Assembly: GCA_035506135.1 (NCBI GenBank)
Contig: DATJPY010000103.1
Coordinates: 3,448-67,447, forward strand
DNA: 64,000 nt
Direction of reading: 5' to 3'
Origin: Myxococcota bacterium
GTDB lineage: Bacteria > Myxococcota_A > UBA9160 > PR03
In this document: in pieces, positions 31,082-39,253 of the stretch
Position numbering within the stretch: position 1 is the stretch's first letter
Layout: every line of letters begins with the position of its first letter
Made by a program: the position numbers and the translations under genes
The notes under the pieces: model-generated
Seen by the model: only the letters and a program-made list of their open reading frames with translations
Databases searched by the model: none
What the model was told of the DNA's origin: nothing

Positions 31082-31539
31082 TGGTGCCGCGACGGCGTGT
31101 CGGAGAGCTCATGAATCCGGACGTGGTCTCGCTGCGGCCCGACATGACGGTGCCGGAGGCCCAGGATCTGCTCGCGCGACGCTCGGTGTCGGGCGCACCC
31201 GTCGTCGATGCGCGCGGGCGCGTGCTCGGCGTCGTGTCGCAGAACGACCTGGTGCGCAGCACCGCGCACCCGGACACTGCCGCCAAGTCCGGTCAGTTCT
31301 TCACGAGCGTCGAGGAGTACGAGGAGCTCGGGCTGACCCGCGTGGCGCCGTCGTCGCAGCGTGTGGCCGACGTGATGAGCCGGCGTGTCTACCACGTGGG
31401 TCGCGACGCCAGCGCGGCCGTGGCGGCGAACATCATGCGCGAGCGCCACATCCATCGCTTGCTGGTCCTGGACAAGGGCGTCCTGGTCGGCGTGGTGACC
31501 TCGCTCGACCTGCTCCGGGTGGTCGAGGAGGTCTGCTAG
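31078..31539 (+). CDS. CBS-domain pair protein
   Basis: The GTG/ATG start overlaps the WS/DGAT TGA. It has two CBS repeats (VSGAPVVDARGRVLGVVSQNDLV and IHRLLVLDKGVLVGVVTSLDLL). Confidence 0.85.
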   Translation: MMVPRRRVGELMNPDVVSLRPDMTVPEAQDLLARRSVSGAPVVDARGRVLGVVSQNDLVRSTAHPDTAAKSGQFFTSVEEYEELGLTRVAPSSQRVADVMSRRVYHVGRDASAAVAANIMRERHIHRLLVLDKGVLVGVVTSLDLLRVVEEVC

Positions 31540-31564
31540 GAGGCCGACTCGAGAGTTGGCCTCC
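31539..31564. terminator. Hairpin between convergent genes: GGAGGCC, 12 nt loop, GGCCTCC
   Basis: Perfect 7-bp stem starting at the CBS stop. It could terminate transcription in both directions. Confidence 0.35.
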
Positions 31565-31607
31565 GCGCAGCGAAGGCGAAGTCTTCGGAGCCGAGCGAAG
31601 TCAGCAG
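31565..31607. repeat. Short extragenic motif, copy B (GCAGCGA...GAGCGAAGTCA)
   Basis: GCGCAGCGAAGGCGAAGTCTTCGGAGCCGAGCGAAGTCAGCAGC shares GCAGCGA, CGAAGGCGA and GAGCGAAGTCA with 39181-39215. Confidence 0.5.
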
Positions 31608-32405
31608 CTAGCCGAGGCCCAGCACCGACTCCATCCCGTACAGTCCGGGTGGGCGGCCCCGCAGCCAGCGGGCCGCACGCAGCGCGCCCGCGGCGAAGTG
31701 ATCGCGCGTGGCGGCCCGGTGGGCGAGCTCCAGGCGCTCGCCGCGGCCGACGAGCAGCACCGTGTGCTCGCCGGGGTTGTCGCCGCCGCGCAGCGCCATC
31801 ACGCCGATCGAGCCGGGCCGGCGCGGGCCGATGTCGCCCTGTCGCGCCGGCACCGCGGCGCTGCCGGGATCCTGGCCGCGCGCCGCGGCGACGGCCGCTG
31901 CGAGGCGGAGCGCGGTGCCGCTCGGCGCGTCGCGCTTGGCCGCGTGGTGGAGCTCCACGATCTCGGCGTCGAAGTCCGGACCGAGGAGGCGCGCCGCCTC
32001 TCCGACCAGGTGGACCAGCGCATTCACGGCGACCGAGAAGTTGGGGGTCGCCACGATCGGGATGCGCGCGGAGAGCCGCTCGATCTCCGCGCGCTGGGCG
32101 TCCGAGAGGCCCGTCGTGCCGCACACGTAGGCCACGCCGAGATCCGCCGCCGCGCGCAGCGCCCGGAGCGTCGAGTCCGGGGTGGAGAAGTCGATCGCGA
32201 CGTCGGCGCCGCCGAGGGAGCGCTTCGGATCGTCGGTCACCACCACGCCGTCCAGCTCGCGCCCGAGCCCGGGGTGGCCCGACGCCTCGAGCGCGCCGAC
32301 CAGCTCGACATCGGGCGCTGCCGCGACCGCGGCGCGCAGGCACTCACCCATCCGCCCGAGCGCGCCCACCGACGCCACCCGGAGCCGCGAGGGAGGCGCG
32401 CTCAA
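31608..32405 (-). CDS. dapB: 4-hydroxy-tetrahydrodipicolinate reductase
   Basis: Contains RVASVGALGRMG, IVATPNFSVAVN and ELHHAAKRDAPSGTA. The start is either TTG at 32405 (TTGA overlap with the dapA stop) or GTG at 32378. Confidence 0.9.
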   Translation of the reverse strand: MSAPPSRLRVASVGALGRMGECLRAAVAAAPDVELVGALEASGHPGLGRELDGVVVTDDPKRSLGGADVAIDFSTPDSTLRALRAAADLGVAYVCGTTGLSDAQRAEIERLSARIPIVATPNFSVAVNALVHLVGEAARLLGPDFDAEIVELHHAAKRDAPSGTALRLAAAVAAARGQDPGSAAVPARQGDIGPRRPGSIGVMALRGGDNPGEHTVLLVGRGERLELAHRAATRDHFAAGALRAARWLRGRPPGLYGMESVLGLG

Positions 32406-33274
32406 AGGAGCCCGTGCTCCTTCATCACGACGTGCAGGCGCTCGCGGTTCGCGTCCGAGATGGGCACCAGCGGGAGCCGCAGCTCCTCGAGGATCAGGCC
32501 GCGCATCGCGAGCGCGGCCTTCACCGGGATCGGATTGGTTTCGATGAAGAGCGCATCGATGAGCGGGAGCAGGCGCAGGTGCGCCTGGCGCGCGCGCGCC
32601 AGATCGCCCGCGCGGAAGGCGCGCACCAGCTCGACCACCTCGCCGGGCGTGACGTTCGAGACGGTGGAGATGACGCCGCGACCCCCGATGGCGAGGATCG
32701 GCAGCGCCACCGCATCGTCGCCCGCCAGCACCGAGAAGTCGGACGGACAGCGGGCGACCACCCGGGAGACCTGCGCGAGGTCGAGGCTCGCCTCCTTGCA
32801 GCCGACCACCTGATCCAGCTCGGCGATGCGCGCCATCGTCTCCGGCAGGATGTTCGACGCCGTGCGGACGGGGATGTTGTAGACGATCAGCGGGAACGAC
32901 GTCCGGCGCGCCACCTCGGCATAGTGGGCGTAGATGCCCGCTTGGGTCGGCCGGTTGTAGTACGGAGAGATCAGGAGCGCGCCGTCGGCGCCGGCCTCCT
33001 TGGCGTGCAGCGTCAGCGCCACGGCCTCGCGCGTGCTGTTCGACCCGGTGCCGGCCAGCACCTGGACGCGACCGCGCGCCGCGGCGACGGCGACCTCGAC
33101 CACGCGCTGGTGCTCGGCGTGCGAGAGCGTTGCGGCCTCGCCCGTCGACCCGCACGGCACCACCCCGTCGACGCCGGCCGCGATCTGGATCTCGATCAGC
33201 TCCTGCAGCGCCCGCTCGTCGACCGCACCGTCGCGGAAGGGCGTCACCAGCGCGGTCAGGACTCCGTCGAACAC
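32402..33274 (-). CDS. dapA: 4-hydroxy-tetrahydrodipicolinate synthase
   Basis: GTG at 33274 lies 1 nt after the dapF TAG; the track ORF extends to 33340. Contains FDGVLTALVTPF, GSTGEAATLS, YNIPVRT and the active-site CKEAS. Confidence 0.92.
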   Translation of the reverse strand: MFDGVLTALVTPFRDGAVDERALQELIEIQIAAGVDGVVPCGSTGEAATLSHAEHQRVVEVAVAAARGRVQVLAGTGSNSTREAVALTLHAKEAGADGALLISPYYNRPTQAGIYAHYAEVARRTSFPLIVYNIPVRTASNILPETMARIAELDQVVGCKEASLDLAQVSRVVARCPSDFSVLAGDDAVALPILAIGGRGVISTVSNVTPGEVVELVRAFRAGDLARARQAHLRLLPLIDALFIETNPIPVKAALAMRGLILEELRLPLVPISDANRERLHVVMKEHGLL

Positions 33275-33275
33275 C

Positions 33276-34175
33276 CTACGCTCCTCCGCCGCCCGGCGCC
33301 CTGCCCGCTGGATCATCGAGCCGGCCCTCTGGGTCATCAAGCTTGATCCGCCCCGAGAACACCTCGGCGGCGGGTCCCGTCATCGTGACGCCGGCGTCCG
33401 CGGCGGGCCAGGCGATCTGCAGGGCGCCCCCGCGCAGCTCGACGGACAGCTCGCGATCGGCGACACCGCGCAGGATCGAGGCCACCGCGGCGGCGCAGGC
33501 GCCGCTCCCGCACGCCAGCGTCTCGCCGGTGCCGCGCTCCCAGGTGCGCTGGCGGAGGCGATCCCGCCCCACGACCTGGATGAACTCCACGTTGACGCGG
33601 TTCGGGAACGCCGGATGGTGCTCGATGCGCGGGCCGAGCGACGTCACCGGCGCCTCGTCGACGTCGTCGACGAAGAGCACGGCGTGGGGATTGCCCATCG
33701 ATACTGCGGTCACGCGCCAGGTCGCGCCGCCGACCTCGAGCGGGGCGTCGACGACCGGCCCGTCGCCCGTGCCGAGTCGGGTGGGGATCTTGGCGGGCGC
33801 GAAGATCGGCCGGCCCATCTCGACACGCACCCGGTCGGCGCCCGCCCAGCTCGGCCGCACCACGCCTCCGAGCGTCTCGACCGCGAGCTCCTGCTTGTCG
33901 GTGAGCCCGCGGTCGCGCAGGTACTTGAACACGGCGCGGATGCCGTTGCCGCACATCTCCACCTGCGAGCCGTCGGCGTCGTAGATCTCCATGCGCACGT
34001 CGGCGACCCGCGAGGGCCGCAGCACCAGGATCTGATCCGCCCCGACGCCGAAGTGCCGGTCCGCCAGCCTGCGCGCCAGGCCTTCGATCGGCGGGAGCAC
34101 TCCGCGCAGGCCGTCGAGCACGACGAAGTCGTTGCCGGCACCGTGCATCTTCGTGAACTCGAGCCACTGCGTCAT
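33276..34175 (-). CDS. dapF: Diaminopimelate epimerase
   Basis: ATG at 34175. Contains FTKMHGAGNDFVV, MCGNGIR and ETLACGSGACAAA. Confidence 0.92.
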   Translation of the reverse strand: MTQWLEFTKMHGAGNDFVVLDGLRGVLPPIEGLARRLADRHFGVGADQILVLRPSRVADVRMEIYDADGSQVEMCGNGIRAVFKYLRDRGLTDKQELAVETLGGVVRPSWAGADRVRVEMGRPIFAPAKIPTRLGTGDGPVVDAPLEVGGATWRVTAVSMGNPHAVLFVDDVDEAPVTSLGPRIEHHPAFPNRVNVEFIQVVGRDRLRQRTWERGTGETLACGSGACAAAVASILRGVADRELSVELRGGALQIAWPAADAGVTMTGPAAEVFSGRIKLDDPEGRLDDPAGRAPGGGGA

Positions 34176-34483
34176 CGATCGGGCTCCGCTGGGTCCGAAT
34201 CGTCGTCGTCGTCCATCGGCCCGGGAACGCCCTGCGCCCCGGTCACTCCCGTTGCCGGCTCGCTTGCCGCAGGAGGAGTCGTCGCCGCGGGCGCCGTCCC
34301 TGCCGCCGCTCCAGCCGCCGGCGCTGTTCCGGCCGCGGGTGCCCCGGCCGCGGGAGCTGTCCCTCCGGCGGCGGCGGGGGACGGGAGCGGATGCGTCCGC
34401 TGGGGCGGACCGTACCTCCCGCAGCCAGCGGCCGCGAGGGCGGCGCCGACCATCGCGACGGCGATCCCGGTGCGGCGTCTCAA
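34172..34483 (-). CDS. lptM: Small lipoprotein, LptM(YifL)-like, with Ala/Pro repeat and poly-Asp tail
   Basis: The TTG at 34483 overlaps the argH TGA (TTGA), and its stop overlaps the dapF ATG (ATGA). Signal peptide and lipobox RRRTGIAVAMVGAALAAAGCGRYGPP. It sits directly upstream of dapF, as yifL does in E. coli. Confidence 0.6.
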   Translation of the reverse strand: MRRRTGIAVAMVGAALAAAGCGRYGPPQRTHPLPSPAAAGGTAPAAGAPAAGTAPAAGAAAGTAPAATTPPAASEPATGVTGAQGVPGPMDDDDDSDPAEPDR

Positions 34484-35904
34484 CCCGCGTCCTCCCCCTC
34501 GGCCGCCAGCGCCTCCGCCTCGGCGGCCAGCTCCGCATCCGTGTGTGCCAGCGCCTCGACGACCCGCGCGCGCGCGGTCGCGCCGGGAGCCGATCGGCGT
34601 TCGAGCGCCCCCTCGAGCGTGAGCAGCTCGGTGGCGGCCGCCGGGAACGCCGGGTGGAACGCACGCAGGTCCTCGCGCGAGAGCGAGCGCAGATCGATCT
34701 GCTTGGCGACGCAGTGGCCGACCACGCGTCCCACCGCCTCGTGCGCCTCGCGGAACGCGACGCCCTCCCGCACCAGCGTCTCGGCCAGGTCGGTGGCGAG
34801 GAGCATCGGGTCCTCGGCCGCGGCGCGCATCCGCTCGTGGCGCACGGTGAGGGTCGCGAGCGCGCCCGCCAGCACCGAGAGCGAGTCGCGCAGCGTCGCA
34901 GCCGCGTCGAACACCGGCTCCTTGTCCTCCTGGAGGTCGCGATTGTAGGCGAGCGGGAGGCCCTTCACGACGCTGAGGAGGGCGACGAGGTCGCCGATTA
35001 CGCGACCCGTCTTGCCGCGCACCAGCTCCGGCACGTCCGGATTCTTCTTCTGCGGCATCAGGCTCGAGCCGGTCGAGTAGGCGTCGGCGAGCTCGACGAA
35101 GCCGAACTCCGCGGTCGACCACAGCACGAGCTCCTCGGCCAGCCGCGACAGATTCACCATCGCGATCGCGCAGGCGGCGGCGAACTCGAGCGCCGCGTCG
35201 CGCGAGGCCACCGCGTCCAGGCTGTTGCGCGAAGGCCCCTCGAAGCCGAGCGCTGCGGCCGTCTCGTCGCGATCGATCGGGAGCGTGGTGCCCGCCAGCG
35301 CGGCGGACCCGAGCGGCGAGCGGGCCAGGCGGCCGCGCAGGTCGCGGAAGCGCGCCGCGTCGCGCCCGAGCATCTCGACGAAGGCGAGCCAGTGGTGCGC
35401 GAGCCGCACCGGCTGGGCGCGCTGGAGATGCGTGTAGCCCGGCAGCACCGTGTCGACGTGCTCGTGTGCGCGGCGCACCAGCACGTGACGCAGCTCGAGG
35501 ATTCCATGACGCGCTGCGAGCGCGGCGTCCCGCAGATAGAGCAGGAGGTCGGTGGCCACCTGGTCGTTGCGGCTGCGGCCGGTGTGGAGCCGGGAAGCGA
35601 CCGCCCCGACCCGCTCGCGCAGGCGCGCCTCGATGTTGGTGTGGACGTCCTCGAGGCGCGGATCGAAGACAAGCGAGCCGGCCTCGATCTCGCCTGCGAT
35701 GGCGGTGAGGCCCTCGACCAGCGTCTCGGCATCCGCTTTCGGGATCACGCCGGTGTGGCCGAGCATGCGCGCGTGGGCGATGGAGCCGCGCACGTCATGG
35801 CGCGCCAGCGCGCGGTCGAAGTGCACCGAGGCGGTGAAGCGTTCGACCGCGGGATCGGTGGCCTCGGAGAAGCGGCCGCCCCAGGGCTTGTCTGACTGCC
35901 CCAT
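34480..35904 (-). CDS. argH: Argininosuccinate lyase
   Basis: Contains WGGRFSE, TGRSRNDQVATD and the signature GSSLMPQKKNPD. Confidence 0.95.
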   Translation of the reverse strand: MGQSDKPWGGRFSEATDPAVERFTASVHFDRALARHDVRGSIAHARMLGHTGVIPKADAETLVEGLTAIAGEIEAGSLVFDPRLEDVHTNIEARLRERVGAVASRLHTGRSRNDQVATDLLLYLRDAALAARHGILELRHVLVRRAHEHVDTVLPGYTHLQRAQPVRLAHHWLAFVEMLGRDAARFRDLRGRLARSPLGSAALAGTTLPIDRDETAAALGFEGPSRNSLDAVASRDAALEFAAACAIAMVNLSRLAEELVLWSTAEFGFVELADAYSTGSSLMPQKKNPDVPELVRGKTGRVIGDLVALLSVVKGLPLAYNRDLQEDKEPVFDAAATLRDSLSVLAGALATLTVRHERMRAAAEDPMLLATDLAETLVREGVAFREAHEAVGRVVGHCVAKQIDLRSLSREDLRAFHPAFPAAATELLTLEGALERRSAPGATARARVVEALAHTDAELAAEAEALAAEGEDAG

Positions 35905-36067
35905 GTGCGGAATCTCGGAAAGCCCCTAGCCTTCTGCAAGTCGCCCGCTCGAGCCGCCCTCCTGTGGCCCCGGGCGTTCCCCCCAGACGGCGTCGAAGGT
36001 TGCGGGGTGCGGCTGCGTCCACTCCGCGTTCACCCTGCCGAGCCGATACGGTCGCTGGAGGACGCGG

Positions 36068-38539
36068 ATGCGGCAGCGGGGAGGTCGCTTGCCCAGGTCG
36101 GCTGCCAAGCGCGACGCGGGCGCCGCGCGCGAGGACGCGCCGCGTCGGCGAGGCCTCGGGCTCTGGCGCGCGATCGCCATCTCGGCGCTCCTCCTCGCCT
36201 TCGGCGTCGGCGTCTTCGCCGCCCGCGCCGTGGTACGGCTCGACCGCGTGGTGCAGGAGCGCTTCAGCGGCCGGCTCTTCCGGGTGCCGTCGAGGGTCTA
36301 CTCTGCGCCGACCATCGTCTACGCGGGCCTCGATCTCGATCGGGCCGACCTGCACGGGACGCTCCGCCGCCTGGGCTATCGCGAGGCCGCCGCGGACGCC
36401 GTCGACGAGCCCGGCACCTACGCCTGGGAGAGCGGGCGCATCCTGCTCTACGTGCGCGCCTTCGAGCACCCGACGCGCCCCGAGCCGGCGCACCGCATCG
36501 AGCTGCGCCTCGCAGGGACCCAGGTCGACGAGATCCGCGACACCGCGTCCGGTCGCGAGCTGGCCGTGGTGATGCTCGAGCCCGAGCTGGTGGGCGCCTA
36601 CTACGGCCCGGATCACGAGCAGCGCGAGCTGGTGCGCCTCGGCGAGCTGCCGCGGCATCTGGTCGACGCGGTGCTGGCCGTCGAGGACCAGCGCTTCGAA
36701 GAGCACCATGGCATCGATCCCGTCCGCATCGTCGGCGCGCTCTGGGCCAACTTGCGCGCCGGCGGCATTGCGCAGGGCGGAAGCACGGTCACCGAGCAGC
36801 TCGTGAAGAACTTCTTCCTGACGCCGGAGCGCACGTTCGGTCGCCGGCTGAAGACCGCCGTGATGTCGTTGATCGTCGAGGCCCGCTACAGCAAGGACGA
36901 GATCCTCGAGTGCTATCTGAACGAGATCTACCTCGGGCAGCGGGGCTCGACGGCGATCCACGGCGTCGGCGAGGCGTCGCACTTCTACTTCGGGAAGGCG
37001 GCGCGCGACCTGCGGGTCGACGAGGCCGCGCTCCTCGCCGGGCTGATCCACAGCCCCGGCGGCGACTCCCCCTTCGCCGATGCGGAGCGAGCGCGCGCGC
37101 GCCGCGACCTGGTCCTCGGGCTGATGCTGTCCCAGGGCCGGCTCGACCAATCGAGCTACGACGTGGCCCGCGCACAGCCGCTCGCGCTGGCGCCGCGCAC
37201 CCCGGAGCCCCGCGAGACCCGCTACTTCCTCGACGCCGTCCGTCGCCAGCTCCCCGAGGTCTACGTGCGCGAGACGCTCGCGAGCGAGGGCCTTCGGATC
37301 TACTCGACGCTCGACCTGCGGCTCCAGCAGCGCGCGGCGGTCGCCCTGCACGACGGGCTCGATGCGCTCGAGCGCCAGCTCCGCGGCCTGCGCGTCGAGG
37401 ACGGACCGCGGATCCAGGGCTGCCTCCTGGCGCTCCGCCCGCAGACCGGCGAGGTGCTCGCCCTCGTCGGCGGGCGCGACTACGGCGAGACCCAGTTCGA
37501 CCGCTGCACGCAGGCGCGCCGCCCCGCAGGGAGCGCATTCAAGCCGTTCGTCTACATCGCAGCTCTCGAGGCGACGAATCCGCCGCCGGTCATCACCCTC
37601 GCGAGCACCCTCGACGACAGCCCGCTCACGCTCCACACGCCGTCGGGCGACTGGTCGCCGGTGAACTACGACCACAAGTTCCACGGCCGTGTGTCGGTGC
37701 GCACGGCGATCGAGCACTCGATGAACGTCGCCACGGCGCGGCTCGCGCAGGCGGTCGGCATCGAGCGCGTCGTCGACGTAGCGCGCCGCCTCGGCATCGA
37801 GAGCGATCTCGACCCCGTCCCGAGCCTGGCGCTCGGCGCCGCCGACCTGACGCCGCTCGAGCTGGCGCGCGCCTACGCCACGATCGCCAACGGCGGCATC
37901 CGCCCCGAGGTGCGCTTCTTCGAGGATCTGACGGAGCCGGATGGGCGCGTGCTGGAGCGCCGCTCGGTCGCCTTCGAGCGCGTCCTCGACCCGGGGACCG
38001 CGTTCCTCGCGACCTCGCTGCTCGAGGGCGTCGTCGACCGCGGGACCGCGAGCGCGATCCGCAAGTCGGGCCTGCGCGGACCGCTCGCCGGGAAGACGGG
38101 GACCACCAACGACTCCAAGGACGCGTGGTTCGTCGGCTTCACCCCCGATCTCGTCGCGGTGGTCTGGGTCGGCTTCGACGACCCGCGCGGGATGCGCTAC
38201 CCGGCCGCGCGCCTCGCCGTTCCGATCTGGCAGCGCTTCATCCAGGACGCGACGGGCGGCCAGATCCGCGGCTCGTTCGTGCCGCCGCCCGAGGTGCGCG
38301 CCGTCGACATCGATCCGGAGACCGGCGCGCTCGCGCTCGACGGCTGCCCGCGCCGGCAGCCCGAGTACTTCATCGCCGGAACCGAGCCGAGCACGAGCTG
38401 TCCGGGCGGCGTCGTGCCGGTGCTGGCCGGGGAGGAGTCCCCGCACGCCGAGCCGGGCGCGCCGAACGGCGGCTCGGGCGGCCCCGGTCGGCCGACCTGG
38501 CTCGGGCGCATCGTCGAGCGCCTGTTCGGCGGCCCGTAG
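36068..38539 (+). CDS. Bifunctional class A penicillin-binding protein, PBP1B-type (GT51, UB2H-like insert, transpeptidase)
   Basis: TM anchor. UB2H-like block RVYSAPTIVYAGLDLDRADLHGTLRRLGYRE. GT51 motifs AVEDQRFEEHHGID and GGSTVTEQLVKN. Transpeptidase motifs SAFKPFVY, SMN and KTGTT. Confidence 0.9.
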   Translation: MRQRGGRLPRSAAKRDAGAAREDAPRRRGLGLWRAIAISALLLAFGVGVFAARAVVRLDRVVQERFSGRLFRVPSRVYSAPTIVYAGLDLDRADLHGTLRRLGYREAAADAVDEPGTYAWESGRILLYVRAFEHPTRPEPAHRIELRLAGTQVDEIRDTASGRELAVVMLEPELVGAYYGPDHEQRELVRLGELPRHLVDAVLAVEDQRFEEHHGIDPVRIVGALWANLRAGGIAQGGSTVTEQLVKNFFLTPERTFGRRLKTAVMSLIVEARYSKDEILECYLNEIYLGQRGSTAIHGVGEASHFYFGKAARDLRVDEAALLAGLIHSPGGDSPFADAERARARRDLVLGLMLSQGRLDQSSYDVARAQPLALAPRTPEPRETRYFLDAVRRQLPEVYVRETLASEGLRIYSTLDLRLQQRAAVALHDGLDALERQLRGLRVEDGPRIQGCLLALRPQTGEVLALVGGRDYGETQFDRCTQARRPAGSAFKPFVYIAALEATNPPPVITLASTLDDSPLTLHTPSGDWSPVNYDHKFHGRVSVRTAIEHSMNVATARLAQAVGIERVVDVARRLGIESDLDPVPSLALGAADLTPLELARAYATIANGGIRPEVRFFEDLTEPDGRVLERRSVAFERVLDPGTAFLATSLLEGVVDRGTASAIRKSGLRGPLAGKTGTTNDSKDAWFVGFTPDLVAVVWVGFDDPRGMRYPAARLAVPIWQRFIQDATGGQIRGSFVPPPEVRAVDIDPETGALALDGCPRRQPEYFIAGTEPSTSCPGGVVPVLAGEESPHAEPGAPNGGSGGPGRPTWLGRIVERLFGGP

Positions 38540-39111
38540 TGATCTCGCAGCGCGCGCCCCGGCTCGCGCTCGCGGCGCTCGTGTCCTCCCTCGGCCTGCT
38601 CGCGGCCTGCGCGTCGGGCCCGCTGCGGCCGACGTCTCCGAGACGGCCGACACCGCTCCCGGAGCAGCGGATGCCGCCGGGTGAGGTCGTGCCGATCCGA
38701 CTCACCAGCGTCGCGGGCACGGGAGACGCCGCGCGCCGCGCGTCGACGCGCCTCGCCGTCGAAGGGCTCGACGCCGACGCCTCGGCGCAGCCCGCGCTCG
38801 CCGCCGACCGCTACGCGCGCGCGCTCCAGGTCGACCCGACGAATCCGTGGGTGTATCTCGCGCTCGCGCGCCATCGACTCGACGAAGACCGTCCGGTCGA
38901 CGCGCTCTCCGCGCTCGACCAGGCCGAGTCGAGGTTGCGCGCCGAGGGCGCCGTATCCCCGGGCGTCGAGGTCGACCTGATCGGGCTGCGCGGTGCAGCG
39001 CTCGTCGCGTCCGGCAAGGCGGAGCGCGGCGAGCCCCTGCTGCGCAACGCCGCGCAGAGCGCGCCCGAGGTGTGGGGCGACGGGCGCCTGGATCCGGCGG
39101 AGCTCCGATAA
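38539..39111 (+). CDS. TPR-like lipoprotein
   Basis: The GTG shares 1 nt with the PBP TAG (TAGTG). Lipobox LGLLAACAS. TPR-like segment YARALQVDPTNPWVYLALARHRL. Confidence 0.7.
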   Translation: MISQRAPRLALAALVSSLGLLAACASGPLRPTSPRRPTPLPEQRMPPGEVVPIRLTSVAGTGDAARRASTRLAVEGLDADASAQPALAADRYARALQVDPTNPWVYLALARHRLDEDRPVDALSALDQAESRLRAEGAVSPGVEVDLIGLRGAALVASGKAERGEPLLRNAAQSAPEVWGDGRLDPAELR

Positions 39112-39180
39112 GAGCTGGAGGTCCGTCCTCTCCGGGCAATCAGATCGGCTGGAGTATCGGCCAGTGCCTGCGAAGCAGGC

Positions 39181-39215
39181 GCACGCAGCGAGCCGAAGGC
39201 GAGCGAAGTCAACGG
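39181..39215. repeat. Short extragenic motif, copy A (GCAGCGA...GAGCGAAGTCA)
   Basis: GCACGCAGCGAGCCGAAGGCGAGCGAAGTCAACGG, preceded by the perfect hairpin GCCTGC-GAA-GCAGGC at 39166-39180. Confidence 0.5.
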
Positions 39216-39253
39216 ATGCCGCCCCGCGGGTCGTGTGATAGCCTGCGCGTCGC

